From the NCBI GenBank assembly GCA_964428805.1, contig CAYRZF010000002.1:1-63610 (forward strand): a stretch of 63,610 nucleotides of DNA, in the 5' to 3' direction. The position numbers and the translations under genes are program-made. Below the pieces are notes generated by a model. That model did not search any database, had not been told where the DNA came from, and worked only from the letters and a program-made list of their open reading frames with translations. This DNA comes from an uncultured bacterium (GTDB lineage: Bacteria > Methylomirabilota > Methylomirabilia > Rokubacteriales > CSP1-6). The first letter of the stretch is position 1; each line of letters opens with the position of its first letter. Positions 1 to 7,039 of the stretch are shown in pieces.

Positions 1-262
1 GGGCGCGGCGGAGGCGGCTCACCGAGAACAGAACGGCCCCGCCCACCGTGAACGCGAGGGCGTACCAGTAGGCGGCGTCACTCTGGATGGGATGCCCGGC
101 CAGAAACGCCACGGTGATTCCGAGGGCCGCGACCTGGGCCAGGGCCAGGTCAACGAAGATGACGCCACGGGCCAGGACGTGGAGCCCCAGATAGACGTGG
201 ATGCCGGTGAGGACGAGGCAGGCGAGGAACGGGATCCAGAGAAACTCGAGGGCGAGCGCCAT
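1..262 (-). CDS. metal (Zn/Mn-type) ABC transporter permease, N-terminal part; the gene runs off the left edge
   Basis: Minus-strand ATG at 262-260 reads MALALEFLWIPFLACLVLTGIHVYLGLHVLARGVIFVDLALAQVAALGITVAFLAGHP, a typical ZnuB/MntB/TroC N-terminus. It starts 1 nt after the stop of the upstream binding-protein gene. It is absent from the ORF track because it is truncated by the window edge. Confidence 0.75.
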   Translation of the reverse strand, partial: MALALEFLWIPFLACLVLTGIHVYLGLHVLARGVIFVDLALAQVAALGITVAFLAGHPIQSDAAYWYALAFTVGGAVLFSVSRLRRA

Positions 263-263
263 G

Positions 264-1184
264 CTACCGGCCCGCGGCGAGAGCGTCGGTGAGCCGCTTG
301 ATATTCAGGTCGAAGAGCGCCAGGTAGTCCCGGGCTTCGGGATCGCCGCCCACCGAAGGAATCAGGGTTACCGCGCGCGCGCCGCTTCGGGCCGCCATCT
401 CGCTCACCAGCGAGGCGTTCGACGAGGGCTCGGCGATCAGCAGCTTGATCCCGGCCTCCCGCATCTGCTGGGTGAGCCGCGCGAGATAGGACGGGGAGGG
501 CGGCACGCCCGGCGTGGGCTCAAACGCCGCGACAATTCTGAGGCCAAACCGCTCGGCGAAGTACGGCCAGGTCTCGTGGACCACCACGACCCGCGTTCCC
601 CGATACGGCGCCATAACCTGAAGCCAGCGCGAGAGCCCCGCGTCCAGTCGTTCCAGGAAGCGCTTTCGATTCACCTCGAAGGCGGGACCATCGGCCGGCG
701 CCAGGCGAGCGAGCGCTCCGAGAATTGCTCCGGTCATGGGCCGTGCGTTCTCGGGATCGAGCCAGTAGTGCGTATTTCCGAATCCGTGCAGATGGACTCC
801 CCGCTCGGCCCTGAGCCGCGGGGTCTCAGCCTGGAGAAGACGGATTCCCTTCGAGGTTTCCAGATAGTGGGGGCTTCCTGGAGTAAACCGTGGGTCGTTC
901 ACTGTCTTGAGCACGCGAAAGAGCCACGGCTCGTGGTCGAGGCCGATCCTGATCAGGAGGGTAGCGGCCTTGAGCTCGGCGAGCTGACTCGGCTTCACCT
1001 CGACCGCGTGGGGTTCGTGGATGGGTGGGGCCAGGCTCTCGACCCGGACCCGGTCTCCTCCCACAGCTTCGACAAGCGCCTTCAGGTCGGTCGAGGTCGT
1101 GACGACGGGGAGGGGGCCGCCGCCCCAGGCAGGGACAGCGGCCCACCACGCAACGACAGCAAAGAGGGCAAGCGCGCGGCGCAC
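264..1184 (-). CDS. metal ABC transporter substrate-binding protein (ZnuA/TroA family)
   Basis: 306 aa with signal peptide MRRALALFAVVAWWAAVPAWG. Family pattern present: TTSTDLKALVEAVGGDRV, HGFGNTHYWLDP, VVVHETWPYFAERFG, LIAEP. Followed directly by the permease gene. Confidence 0.85.
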   Translation of the reverse strand: MRRALALFAVVAWWAAVPAWGGGPLPVVTTSTDLKALVEAVGGDRVRVESLAPPIHEPHAVEVKPSQLAELKAATLLIRIGLDHEPWLFRVLKTVNDPRFTPGSPHYLETSKGIRLLQAETPRLRAERGVHLHGFGNTHYWLDPENARPMTGAILGALARLAPADGPAFEVNRKRFLERLDAGLSRWLQVMAPYRGTRVVVVHETWPYFAERFGLRIVAAFEPTPGVPPSPSYLARLTQQMREAGIKLLIAEPSSNASLVSEMAARSGARAVTLIPSVGGDPEARDYLALFDLNIKRLTDALAAGR

Positions 1185-1187
1185 CCT

Positions 1188-2312
1188 CTACTTCTTAGCA
1201 AAGAGAGACTTGGGCACCATGCAGTGGATCCCCTTGCGGACGTTCACCACCTGGGTCACGACGCAGTTCGTCGTTATAGACGCCAACGAGTAAGCCTCGT
1301 AGCGGTCCAGGGGGACCATTTTCTGCTTCGACAGGAAGTCGATCATCTCGCGGGCGGCGATGACCATGGCCTTGTTGAGGTCCTCGTCGTACCCCATCAG
1401 GATCCAATGGGTTTTGGTCTCAAGCCGGGGCCATTCCAGCTTCATGTCTTTCCGGACGATCAACTGCATCACGATCTCCCGAAACGCGCACTCAAGCCCC
1501 GTCAGGTTCAGTTCGGTACCCTGCCGGCAGTGCGCATCACCCACCCAGACGAGCCCGCCCTTGAGGAAGATCGGGACGAAGAGGGTGGTCCCTTCCTGAA
1601 GCTCGTTGATGTCCAGGTTGGAGGCGTTCTTCCAGGGCCGGAGTGTGGAGACCGGGGCCATGGGGTCGTCCTTGACGCCGCCCTTGCGGGGTGAGGGGTC
1701 GGTGGGATCGATCCCGACGGCCAGGATGCCCGGGAACGGCTGAAGGTCAATCATGATTCCGGGTTTGAACTCCGCCTGGCGCTTCTCCCAGTCGAGGTAG
1801 AAGTACTTGACGAAGCCATCGGGGAATTCGGGGGCGAGAGCCCCGACCGTCGGGAACTCCTTTCCGGGCAGGTTGAAGTTAACCCCGAAGGCCTTGGGAA
1901 CAATTTTGAGGATCCGGATCTCCATCACGTCACCGGGCTCGGCGCCGTTGACATAGATGGGGCCGGTCACGGTGTGAGGGCCGCCGCCGGGGTTCGCCTT
2001 CCGAAGAGCGACGATTTCCTCGATCGTGGTTCCCGGCTGGATCTTGTTATGCGAGTGCATCAGGGTCTCGACGGCCACAGTGTCCCCCGAGTTGACGACG
2101 AGCTTGAGAGGCTCCTTGGGGTCGAGCCAACCCCACTGGGAAGTTTCCAGCGTGGCGGCGAGTCCGTGGTACTTCCCTCCCGCGACCGGCACGGCGCGCT
2201 GCCGCTTGGACTCCTCCATCTGCTGAGCCACCGCGTAGAGGCCCGCGGTGAAGACCAGCAGCAGGACGCCGAGGCCGATCACGATGCGCTTCCGGGTTCT
2301 GAATGTCGCCAT
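1188..2312 (-). CDS. acetamidase/formamidase family protein with N-terminal membrane anchor
   Basis: 374 aa. N-terminal TM helix, then an FmdA/AmdA-like pattern: NSGDTVAVETL, GPHTVTGPIYVNGAEPGDVMEIRIL, TLFVPIFLKGGLVWVGDAHCRQG. Confidence 0.8.
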   Translation of the reverse strand: MATFRTRKRIVIGLGVLLLVFTAGLYAVAQQMEESKRQRAVPVAGGKYHGLAATLETSQWGWLDPKEPLKLVVNSGDTVAVETLMHSHNKIQPGTTIEEIVALRKANPGGGPHTVTGPIYVNGAEPGDVMEIRILKIVPKAFGVNFNLPGKEFPTVGALAPEFPDGFVKYFYLDWEKRQAEFKPGIMIDLQPFPGILAVGIDPTDPSPRKGGVKDDPMAPVSTLRPWKNASNLDINELQEGTTLFVPIFLKGGLVWVGDAHCRQGTELNLTGLECAFREIVMQLIVRKDMKLEWPRLETKTHWILMGYDEDLNKAMVIAAREMIDFLSKQKMVPLDRYEAYSLASITTNCVVTQVVNVRKGIHCMVPKSLFAKK

Positions 2313-2338
2313 GGATGACTCCTCTCTCGGTGTGGGGT

Positions 2339-3166
2339 CTAGGGTTTCAAGAAGGCTCGGACCGCTTTGATGAATGCCTCGGGCTGATCGCCGGGGACCG
2401 TATGTCCGGCGTCGGGGATCTCCACCAGCCGGCCATCCTTCAGGGTCTCGAGCATGCGCTTGGCGATCTCCGGTGAGAGCACGTCCGATTCGGCGCCCCG
2501 AACGATCAGCGCCGGGCGGGTAATGCGGGCCAGGTCGGGCCAGAGGTTCGGGATATCCCGCGTTCGCTCCCGCGTCTGATCGCGCAGGACTTTGTCGTAC
2601 TTCCAGGTGAGCTTGCCATTGGGCAGCCGGTTGAAGCTGTGTTTCAGCCGGTGGCGGAGCAGGGGTTCGGAGTAGCGCGGAACGGCAGCGCGGAGTATCC
2701 GATAGGCCTGTTTCTCTGACTCTAGTTCCTCGGGGACGTTCGACACCGTCGTCCGGATCCGGGCGAGGCCCTCCGGGGCGATCTCGGGGCCAATGTCCAC
2801 CAGGACCAGGCGCTCCACCCGACGCAGATGGGACGCGGTGTAGGCGATGGAGATCCGGCCGCCCATCGACAGGCCGACGAGACTGAAGCGGCCGGGGCAG
2901 AGGGCGTCGGCGAACGCCTCCAGGTCGCCTACCATCGACTTAACGGTGTAGTTGCCGTCCCGGGCCCGGTCGCTATCCCCGTGGCCCCGCTGGTCCAGGG
3001 CCAGAACCCTGAAGCGGTCCGCCAGGGCTAGGGCGACGTGGTCCCAGCTCCGGGCGTGACTGCCGAACCCGTGGAGCAGCACGAGGGGCGAGGCGCCCGA
3101 GTCCCCCCACTCCAGGTAGTGGAATCGGAGGCCGCCCAGCCTGATCTCGCGTTCGCGTGGCTCCAT
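2339..3166 (-). CDS. alpha/beta hydrolase
   Basis: 275 aa. HGFGSHARSWD region, GLSMGG nucleophile elbow, C-terminal DAGH. Confidence 0.85.
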   Translation of the reverse strand: MEPREREIRLGGLRFHYLEWGDSGASPLVLLHGFGSHARSWDHVALALADRFRVLALDQRGHGDSDRARDGNYTVKSMVGDLEAFADALCPGRFSLVGLSMGGRISIAYTASHLRRVERLVLVDIGPEIAPEGLARIRTTVSNVPEELESEKQAYRILRAAVPRYSEPLLRHRLKHSFNRLPNGKLTWKYDKVLRDQTRERTRDIPNLWPDLARITRPALIVRGAESDVLSPEIAKRMLETLKDGRLVEIPDAGHTVPGDQPEAFIKAVRAFLKP

Positions 3167-3276
3167 CCTATAGGCTCTCCGGGGTTCCAGCCGTCGAGCG
3201 CCCGTGGCAGGAGAAAAGCGAGGGGATTGTAGACTCCGCGAGCGAAAGGAGTCAAGGATATGTTATAAAGTCAGCC

Positions 3277-3678
3277 ATGGTGAGATCGCGCGGGAAGAAG
3301 GCGGACGCTCTGATCCGGAGGATGCGGCGGGTCCGGGGATATCTCTATCCGGAGTGGGAGTTGGTGGCGCGCCGGGATCCGGATTTCTTCGCGGCCTACG
3401 ATGGGCTCTATACCGCGGCGCTGGCGTCCAACCGGGGATTGCCGATCAAGTATCGCGAGCTGGTCGCACTCGGCATTCTCGCGTTCCGCGGGGCCGACAG
3501 CGACGCCATCGCGAACCACATTCGCCGGGCCTTCCGCCACGGCGCCACTCGGGCGGAGGTGCTGGGGGCGCTGGAGGCCACCATTGTTCCGGGCGGCGCG
3601 CTCACGTTCCTCAACGGGATTCGGGGGCTGGCCCGGGTCCAGCGAGAAGCCTCGACGAATCGGGACGGCAGGAGGTAG
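3277..3678 (+). CDS. carboxymuconolactone decarboxylase (AhpD-like) family protein
   Basis: Track ORF 3157-3678 trimmed to ATG 3277 (MVRSRGKK). Helical CMD pattern YRELVALGILAFRGADSDAIANHIRRAFRHGATRAEVLGAL. No CxxC motif. Confidence 0.7.
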   Translation: MVRSRGKKADALIRRMRRVRGYLYPEWELVARRDPDFFAAYDGLYTAALASNRGLPIKYRELVALGILAFRGADSDAIANHIRRAFRHGATRAEVLGALEATIVPGGALTFLNGIRGLARVQREASTNRDGRR

Positions 3679-3688
3679 GAGGGAAGGG

Positions 3689-5233
3689 ATGGCAGCCGTG
3701 GCACTCAGGCACAAGGCCATCGTGCTCCGTCCCGAGGACGACGTCGCTGTCGCCCGCGGGGAGATCTGCGCCGGGACGCTTCTGGAAGATGAGGGCGGCA
3801 CGATCGAGGCGCGGCAGGACATCCGGCCGGGACACAAGATCGCTCGCCGGGACATCGCGCTTGGTCGGCCAGTCAGGCGTTACGGCCAGGTGATTGGCTT
3901 CGCCACGTGCGACATCGCCAGGGGCGATCACGTCCACACCCACAACCTGGCGATCGGGGAGCTCCACCGCGAGTACGAAGTCGGCACGGATGTCCGCCCG
4001 GTGGATTACTACCCGCCCGCCGAGATGCGCTACTTCGACGGGTACCGGCGGGAGGACGGCCGGGTCGGCACCCGCAACTACGTGGCGGTGGTGTCCACGG
4101 TCAACTGCTCCGCCAGCGTTTGCCAGTTCATCCGGGAGAAGTTCCGCGACGTCCAGAAGGACTTCCCCCACGTGGACGGCGTGCTCGCCATCACGCACAA
4201 GTCGGGCTGCGGGACCAAACTCTTCGGCGAGGACCACTTTGCCCTCCAGCGCGTGCTGGCCGGCTACGCCAAGCACCCCAACGTGGCCGCCTACCTCCTG
4301 ATCGGTCTCGGCTGCGAGGTGAACCAGGCCGTCGTCATGGTGGAGCGTCAGAGGCTGGCCGCGCCGGGTCACCCGGAGCGGCAGCCCACGATTCTCACCA
4401 TCCAGGAGACCGGGGGCGTCCGGAAGACCGTGGAGAAGGGGATCGAAGCGGTCCTCGCCCTCCTGCCGAAGGCGAACGAGGCTCGCCGGAGCCGGCAACC
4501 CATCTCGGAGCTCGTGTTGGCGACGAACTGCGGAGGCTCCGACGGCAACTCGGGGATCACCGCCAACCCGGCGCTCGGCTGGGCCGTGGACGAGCTGGTG
4601 CGCTACGGCGGCACCGGGGTCCTGGCGGAGACCCCCGAGATCTACGGGGCCGAGCACCTGCTGGTGAAGCGGGCCATCAACGAGGGCGTGGCGAAGAAGC
4701 TCATCGACCGCTACAAGTGGTGGGAGTGGTACTGCCGCGGCATCGAGGCCATGGACAATAATCCCGCCCCCGGCAACAAGGCCGGCGGGATCACGACGGT
4801 CTTCGAGAAGTCCCTCGGCGGGGTCACCAAGGGCGGCACGACGCCGCTGATGGACGTGTTCCTCTATGGCGAGCCGATCACGACGCGGGGCTTCGTCTTC
4901 ATGGACACGCCGGGCCACGATCCCGTCTCCATCACGGGCCTCGTCGCGGGCGGGGCCAACATCATCTGCTTCACGACCGGCCGCGGCTCCGTCTTCGGCT
5001 GCAAGCCCGTCCCTTCCATCAAGCTGGCGACGAACTCGATCGTCTATCGGCACATGGAGGAGGACATGGACATCAACTGCGGGGTGATCCTGGAGGGGAC
5101 GCCACTCGAGGCCGTCGGCCGGCAGATCTTCGAGGAAGTCATCGCGGTGGCTTCGGGCAAGCGCGCCAAGAGCGAGCTCAGCGGCGTAGGCGAGGAAGAG
5201 TTCGCCCCATGGATCATCGGCCCGGTGATGTAG
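3689..5233 (+). CDS. UxaA family hydrolyase (altronate/galactarate dehydratase-like)
   Basis: Track ORF 3401-5233 trimmed to ATG 3689, with GGAGGG at 3678-3683. SAF-like N-domain (IVLRPEDDVAVARGEI, GHKIA, GDHVHTHN) plus C-domain motifs VSTVNCSASV, ITHKSGCG, LATNCGGSDGNSG. Confidence 0.85.
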   Translation: MAAVALRHKAIVLRPEDDVAVARGEICAGTLLEDEGGTIEARQDIRPGHKIARRDIALGRPVRRYGQVIGFATCDIARGDHVHTHNLAIGELHREYEVGTDVRPVDYYPPAEMRYFDGYRREDGRVGTRNYVAVVSTVNCSASVCQFIREKFRDVQKDFPHVDGVLAITHKSGCGTKLFGEDHFALQRVLAGYAKHPNVAAYLLIGLGCEVNQAVVMVERQRLAAPGHPERQPTILTIQETGGVRKTVEKGIEAVLALLPKANEARRSRQPISELVLATNCGGSDGNSGITANPALGWAVDELVRYGGTGVLAETPEIYGAEHLLVKRAINEGVAKKLIDRYKWWEWYCRGIEAMDNNPAPGNKAGGITTVFEKSLGGVTKGGTTPLMDVFLYGEPITTRGFVFMDTPGHDPVSITGLVAGGANIICFTTGRGSVFGCKPVPSIKLATNSIVYRHMEEDMDINCGVILEGTPLEAVGRQIFEEVIAVASGKRAKSELSGVGEEEFAPWIIGPVM

Positions 5234-5261
5234 CGCAGTTACCCTCTGGAGGAGGTTTCTG

Positions 5262-5555
5262 ATGGCCCCACGGCCGGGGATGTACCGGGGAGATCGGCGG
5301 CGCAAAGAGGAGGCGCGGAAGGCCAAGCAGGAGGCCAAGCGTCAGCGCAGGCTCGAGCGGAAGGAAAGCGGGACTTCGGGGCCGGAGATCGAGGCGCTCC
5401 CGGACGCCGCCCAGCAGGCCGACGTGCCCGTGGATTATGTGTGGTTTTCGCCCAACCGGAACCGCACCCTCACCACCCGCACCGCGGCGCGTCCCGTCAC
5501 GGATGGGAGCGACGACTGGATCTTGCTGACAGAGCCGCCGAAACCCTCGGCGTAG
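5262..5555 (+). CDS. hypothetical small protein with a very basic N-terminal half
   Basis: 97-aa ORF, Lys/Arg/Glu-rich N-terminus, followed by an intrinsic terminator. No recognisable family. Confidence 0.4.
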   Translation: MAPRPGMYRGDRRRKEEARKAKQEAKRQRRLERKESGTSGPEIEALPDAAQQADVPVDYVWFSPNRNRTLTTRTAARPVTDGSDDWILLTEPPKPSA

Positions 5556-5578
5556 TTACTCCGGTTCGAGAAACCTAA

Positions 5579-5621
5579 ACGGGGTGACGACTATGGCCGC
5601 CACCCCGTCTTTCGTTTCTTT
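5579..5621. terminator. intrinsic terminator between convergent genes (possibly bidirectional)
   Basis: ACGGGGTG (5579-5586) pairs with CACCCCGT (5601-5608) and is followed by CTTTCGTTTCTTT. The opposite strand has GTTTAGGTTT after the stem. Confidence 0.5.
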
Positions 5622-5635
5622 GAAGAAGGTGTGAT

Positions 5636-5821
5636 CTAGTACTGGCGGAGCGATCGCACGAACGCCTGGACCGGCTCCAGTCGGAGGAGCAGGAAGACCC
5701 AGCCAAACGGAAGGAAGATCGCGGCTGCCAGAAGCCAGGCGTTGCCGCTCTTCAGCCAGTTTTCACGCCCGAACAGATCCTCCCGCCACGCCCCACTCAG
5801 CACGCCGATGAACTGTCTCAT
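5636..5821 (-). CDS. hypothetical small membrane protein
   Basis: Track ORF 5636-5992 trimmed to ATG 5821 (MRQFIGVLSGAW). One clear TM helix, WLLAAAIFLPFGWVFLLL. The start choice is uncertain. Confidence 0.35.
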   Translation of the reverse strand: MRQFIGVLSGAWREDLFGRENWLKSGNAWLLAAAIFLPFGWVFLLLRLEPVQAFVRSLRQY

Positions 5822-6028
5822 TGCTCGCTTCCCCCCAAAAGTTGTTGCTCTGGTACCAGTAGCTAGCAACTGCGGTGCCATGGCGGAGAGACTGGAAAAT
5901 CTACGTCCTTTTACGAAGTTGCAAGGGCGCCCCGGTTCAACAGGGGAGAGCGAGGCAGGCGGTGGTGCCGGATTGTCGTGCCCGACCACCACCGGCGTGT
6001 CAGCGGGACATTGGAGGGCGCCGGGGCT

Positions 6029-6328
6029 TCAGGACGGGGCGACCGTGACGATGAGGCCGATCTCAGCCAGGATGTTTCCCACCCTCACGCACTCGGCTTC
6101 GGCTCCGACCTTTACTACCGCTTTGCCGGTATTGTGGACCTGCCAGGCGATCTCCCACCCTTCCGCCTCGGAGCAAGCGATGGCCTTCATGAGCTGGCGC
6201 ACGACCTGCTCGAAGGTGTGGCAGTCGCAGTTGTGGAGCACCGTCATCCAGGGCGGGGCGACGGCGGAATCGGTTCGGTCGAGTTCCTCGAGGTCGGGTG
6301 TGGTGCCGGGGAGCCGCGACGTATTCAC
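6029..6328 (-). CDS. clpS: ClpS-like ATP-dependent Clp protease adaptor domain protein
   Basis: 99 aa. PPWMTVLHNCDCHTFEQVVRQLMKAI..EAEGWEIAWQVHNTGKAVVKVGAEAE matches the ClpS core (W.V.L.NDD.NTF..V, H..G.A.V). NCD replaces the usual NDD. Confidence 0.7.
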   Translation of the reverse strand: MNTSRLPGTTPDLEELDRTDSAVAPPWMTVLHNCDCHTFEQVVRQLMKAIACSEAEGWEIAWQVHNTGKAVVKVGAEAECVRVGNILAEIGLIVTVAPS

Positions 6329-6537
6329 GCGTGCTCTTCCAGCTCCTCGGCGGCCTCCTCGAACTCCGGGCAGTGGGGGGCGTACGTTGGCATCACGCGG
6401 CGCCGGATCCGTGGACAGTAGAACTCCTGGACGAGCACCCCCGCGGCGAGGCGATCGGGAGCCGAGGTCTCCACGTCGGGCTTGGGCTCGGGGTAGTACA
6501 CGCAGTCGGTGCAGAGCGGCTCTCTGAGTTCTTCCAT
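6325..6537 (-). CDS. hypothetical 4-Cys mini-protein, translationally coupled to the ClpS-like gene
   Basis: 70 aa with CTDC near the N-terminus plus two further Cys and an acidic tail. Its stop overlaps the ClpS-like start (ATGA, 6325-6328). Confidence 0.5.
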   Translation of the reverse strand: MEELREPLCTDCVYYPEPKPDVETSAPDRLAAGVLVQEFYCPRIRRRVMPTYAPHCPEFEEAAEELEEHA

Positions 6538-6540
6538 GAG

Positions 6541-7023
6541 TTAGTAGGGGAGCTTTCCCTCTCCCAGCGTGGCGTGGTGCTTCATGGGAATCAGGACGTG
6601 ACGGCGGAAGGTCATGACCAGTTCTCCGCGCTGGTTGGTGACCCGGGTCTCCACGTACACGACGCCGCGGTCCCCCTTGGACGACTCCTTCTTCCCAAGG
6701 ATCGTGCTCTCGGAGTACAGGGTGTCGCCGTGGAACGTCGGCGCGTCGTGGGTGATCTTCTCGTAGTCCAGGTTGGCGATCGCGCGGCCGGAAATGTCCG
6801 CTACCGTCATCCCCGCGCCCACGGCAAACACGAAGGTCCCGTTGACCAGACGCTGGCCGTGCTGCGTGTACTTCGCGGTATAGTGCGCATCGATGTGGAG
6901 CGGCTGCTGGTTCATCGTGAGGAGCGAGAACCAGGTGTTGTCGGCCTCGGTGATCGTGCGTCCGGGCCAGTGCTTGATGACTTCACCGGCGGTAAACTCC
7001 TCGAAGTAACGTCCGTACGGCAT
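6541..7023 (-). CDS. MaoC-family (R)-specific enoyl-CoA hydratase/dehydratase
   Basis: 160 aa hotdog protein: FTAGEVIKHWPGRTITEADNTWFSLLTMNQQPLHID, VNGTFVFAVG, THDAPTFHGDTL. Confidence 0.85.
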   Translation of the reverse strand: MPYGRYFEEFTAGEVIKHWPGRTITEADNTWFSLLTMNQQPLHIDAHYTAKYTQHGQRLVNGTFVFAVGAGMTVADISGRAIANLDYEKITHDAPTFHGDTLYSESTILGKKESSKGDRGVVYVETRVTNQRGELVMTFRRHVLIPMKHHATLGEGKLPY

Positions 7024-7039
7024 CGCGTCCTCCCTCAGA

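Noticed and set aside
201-1694. 497-aa plus-strand ORF spanning the ZnuA and formamidase genes.
   Set aside because: Its composition is dominated by Arg/Gly/Pro/Glu and is typical of an out-of-frame or antisense reading of GC-rich coding DNA. It is antisense to two ORFs with clear family motifs.
3611-5338. 575-aa minus-strand ORF.
   Set aside because: It is antisense to the well-supported UxaA-family gene, has Arg/Asp/Gly/Pro-rich low-information sequence, and matches no family.
5839-5865. Inverted repeat GTTGCT..CTGGTACCAG..AGCAAC just upstream of the small membrane-protein ORF.
   Set aside because: It contains a perfect 10-bp palindrome, but the downstream ORF is itself weakly supported and no regulator is adjacent. 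There is too little context to call it an operator.
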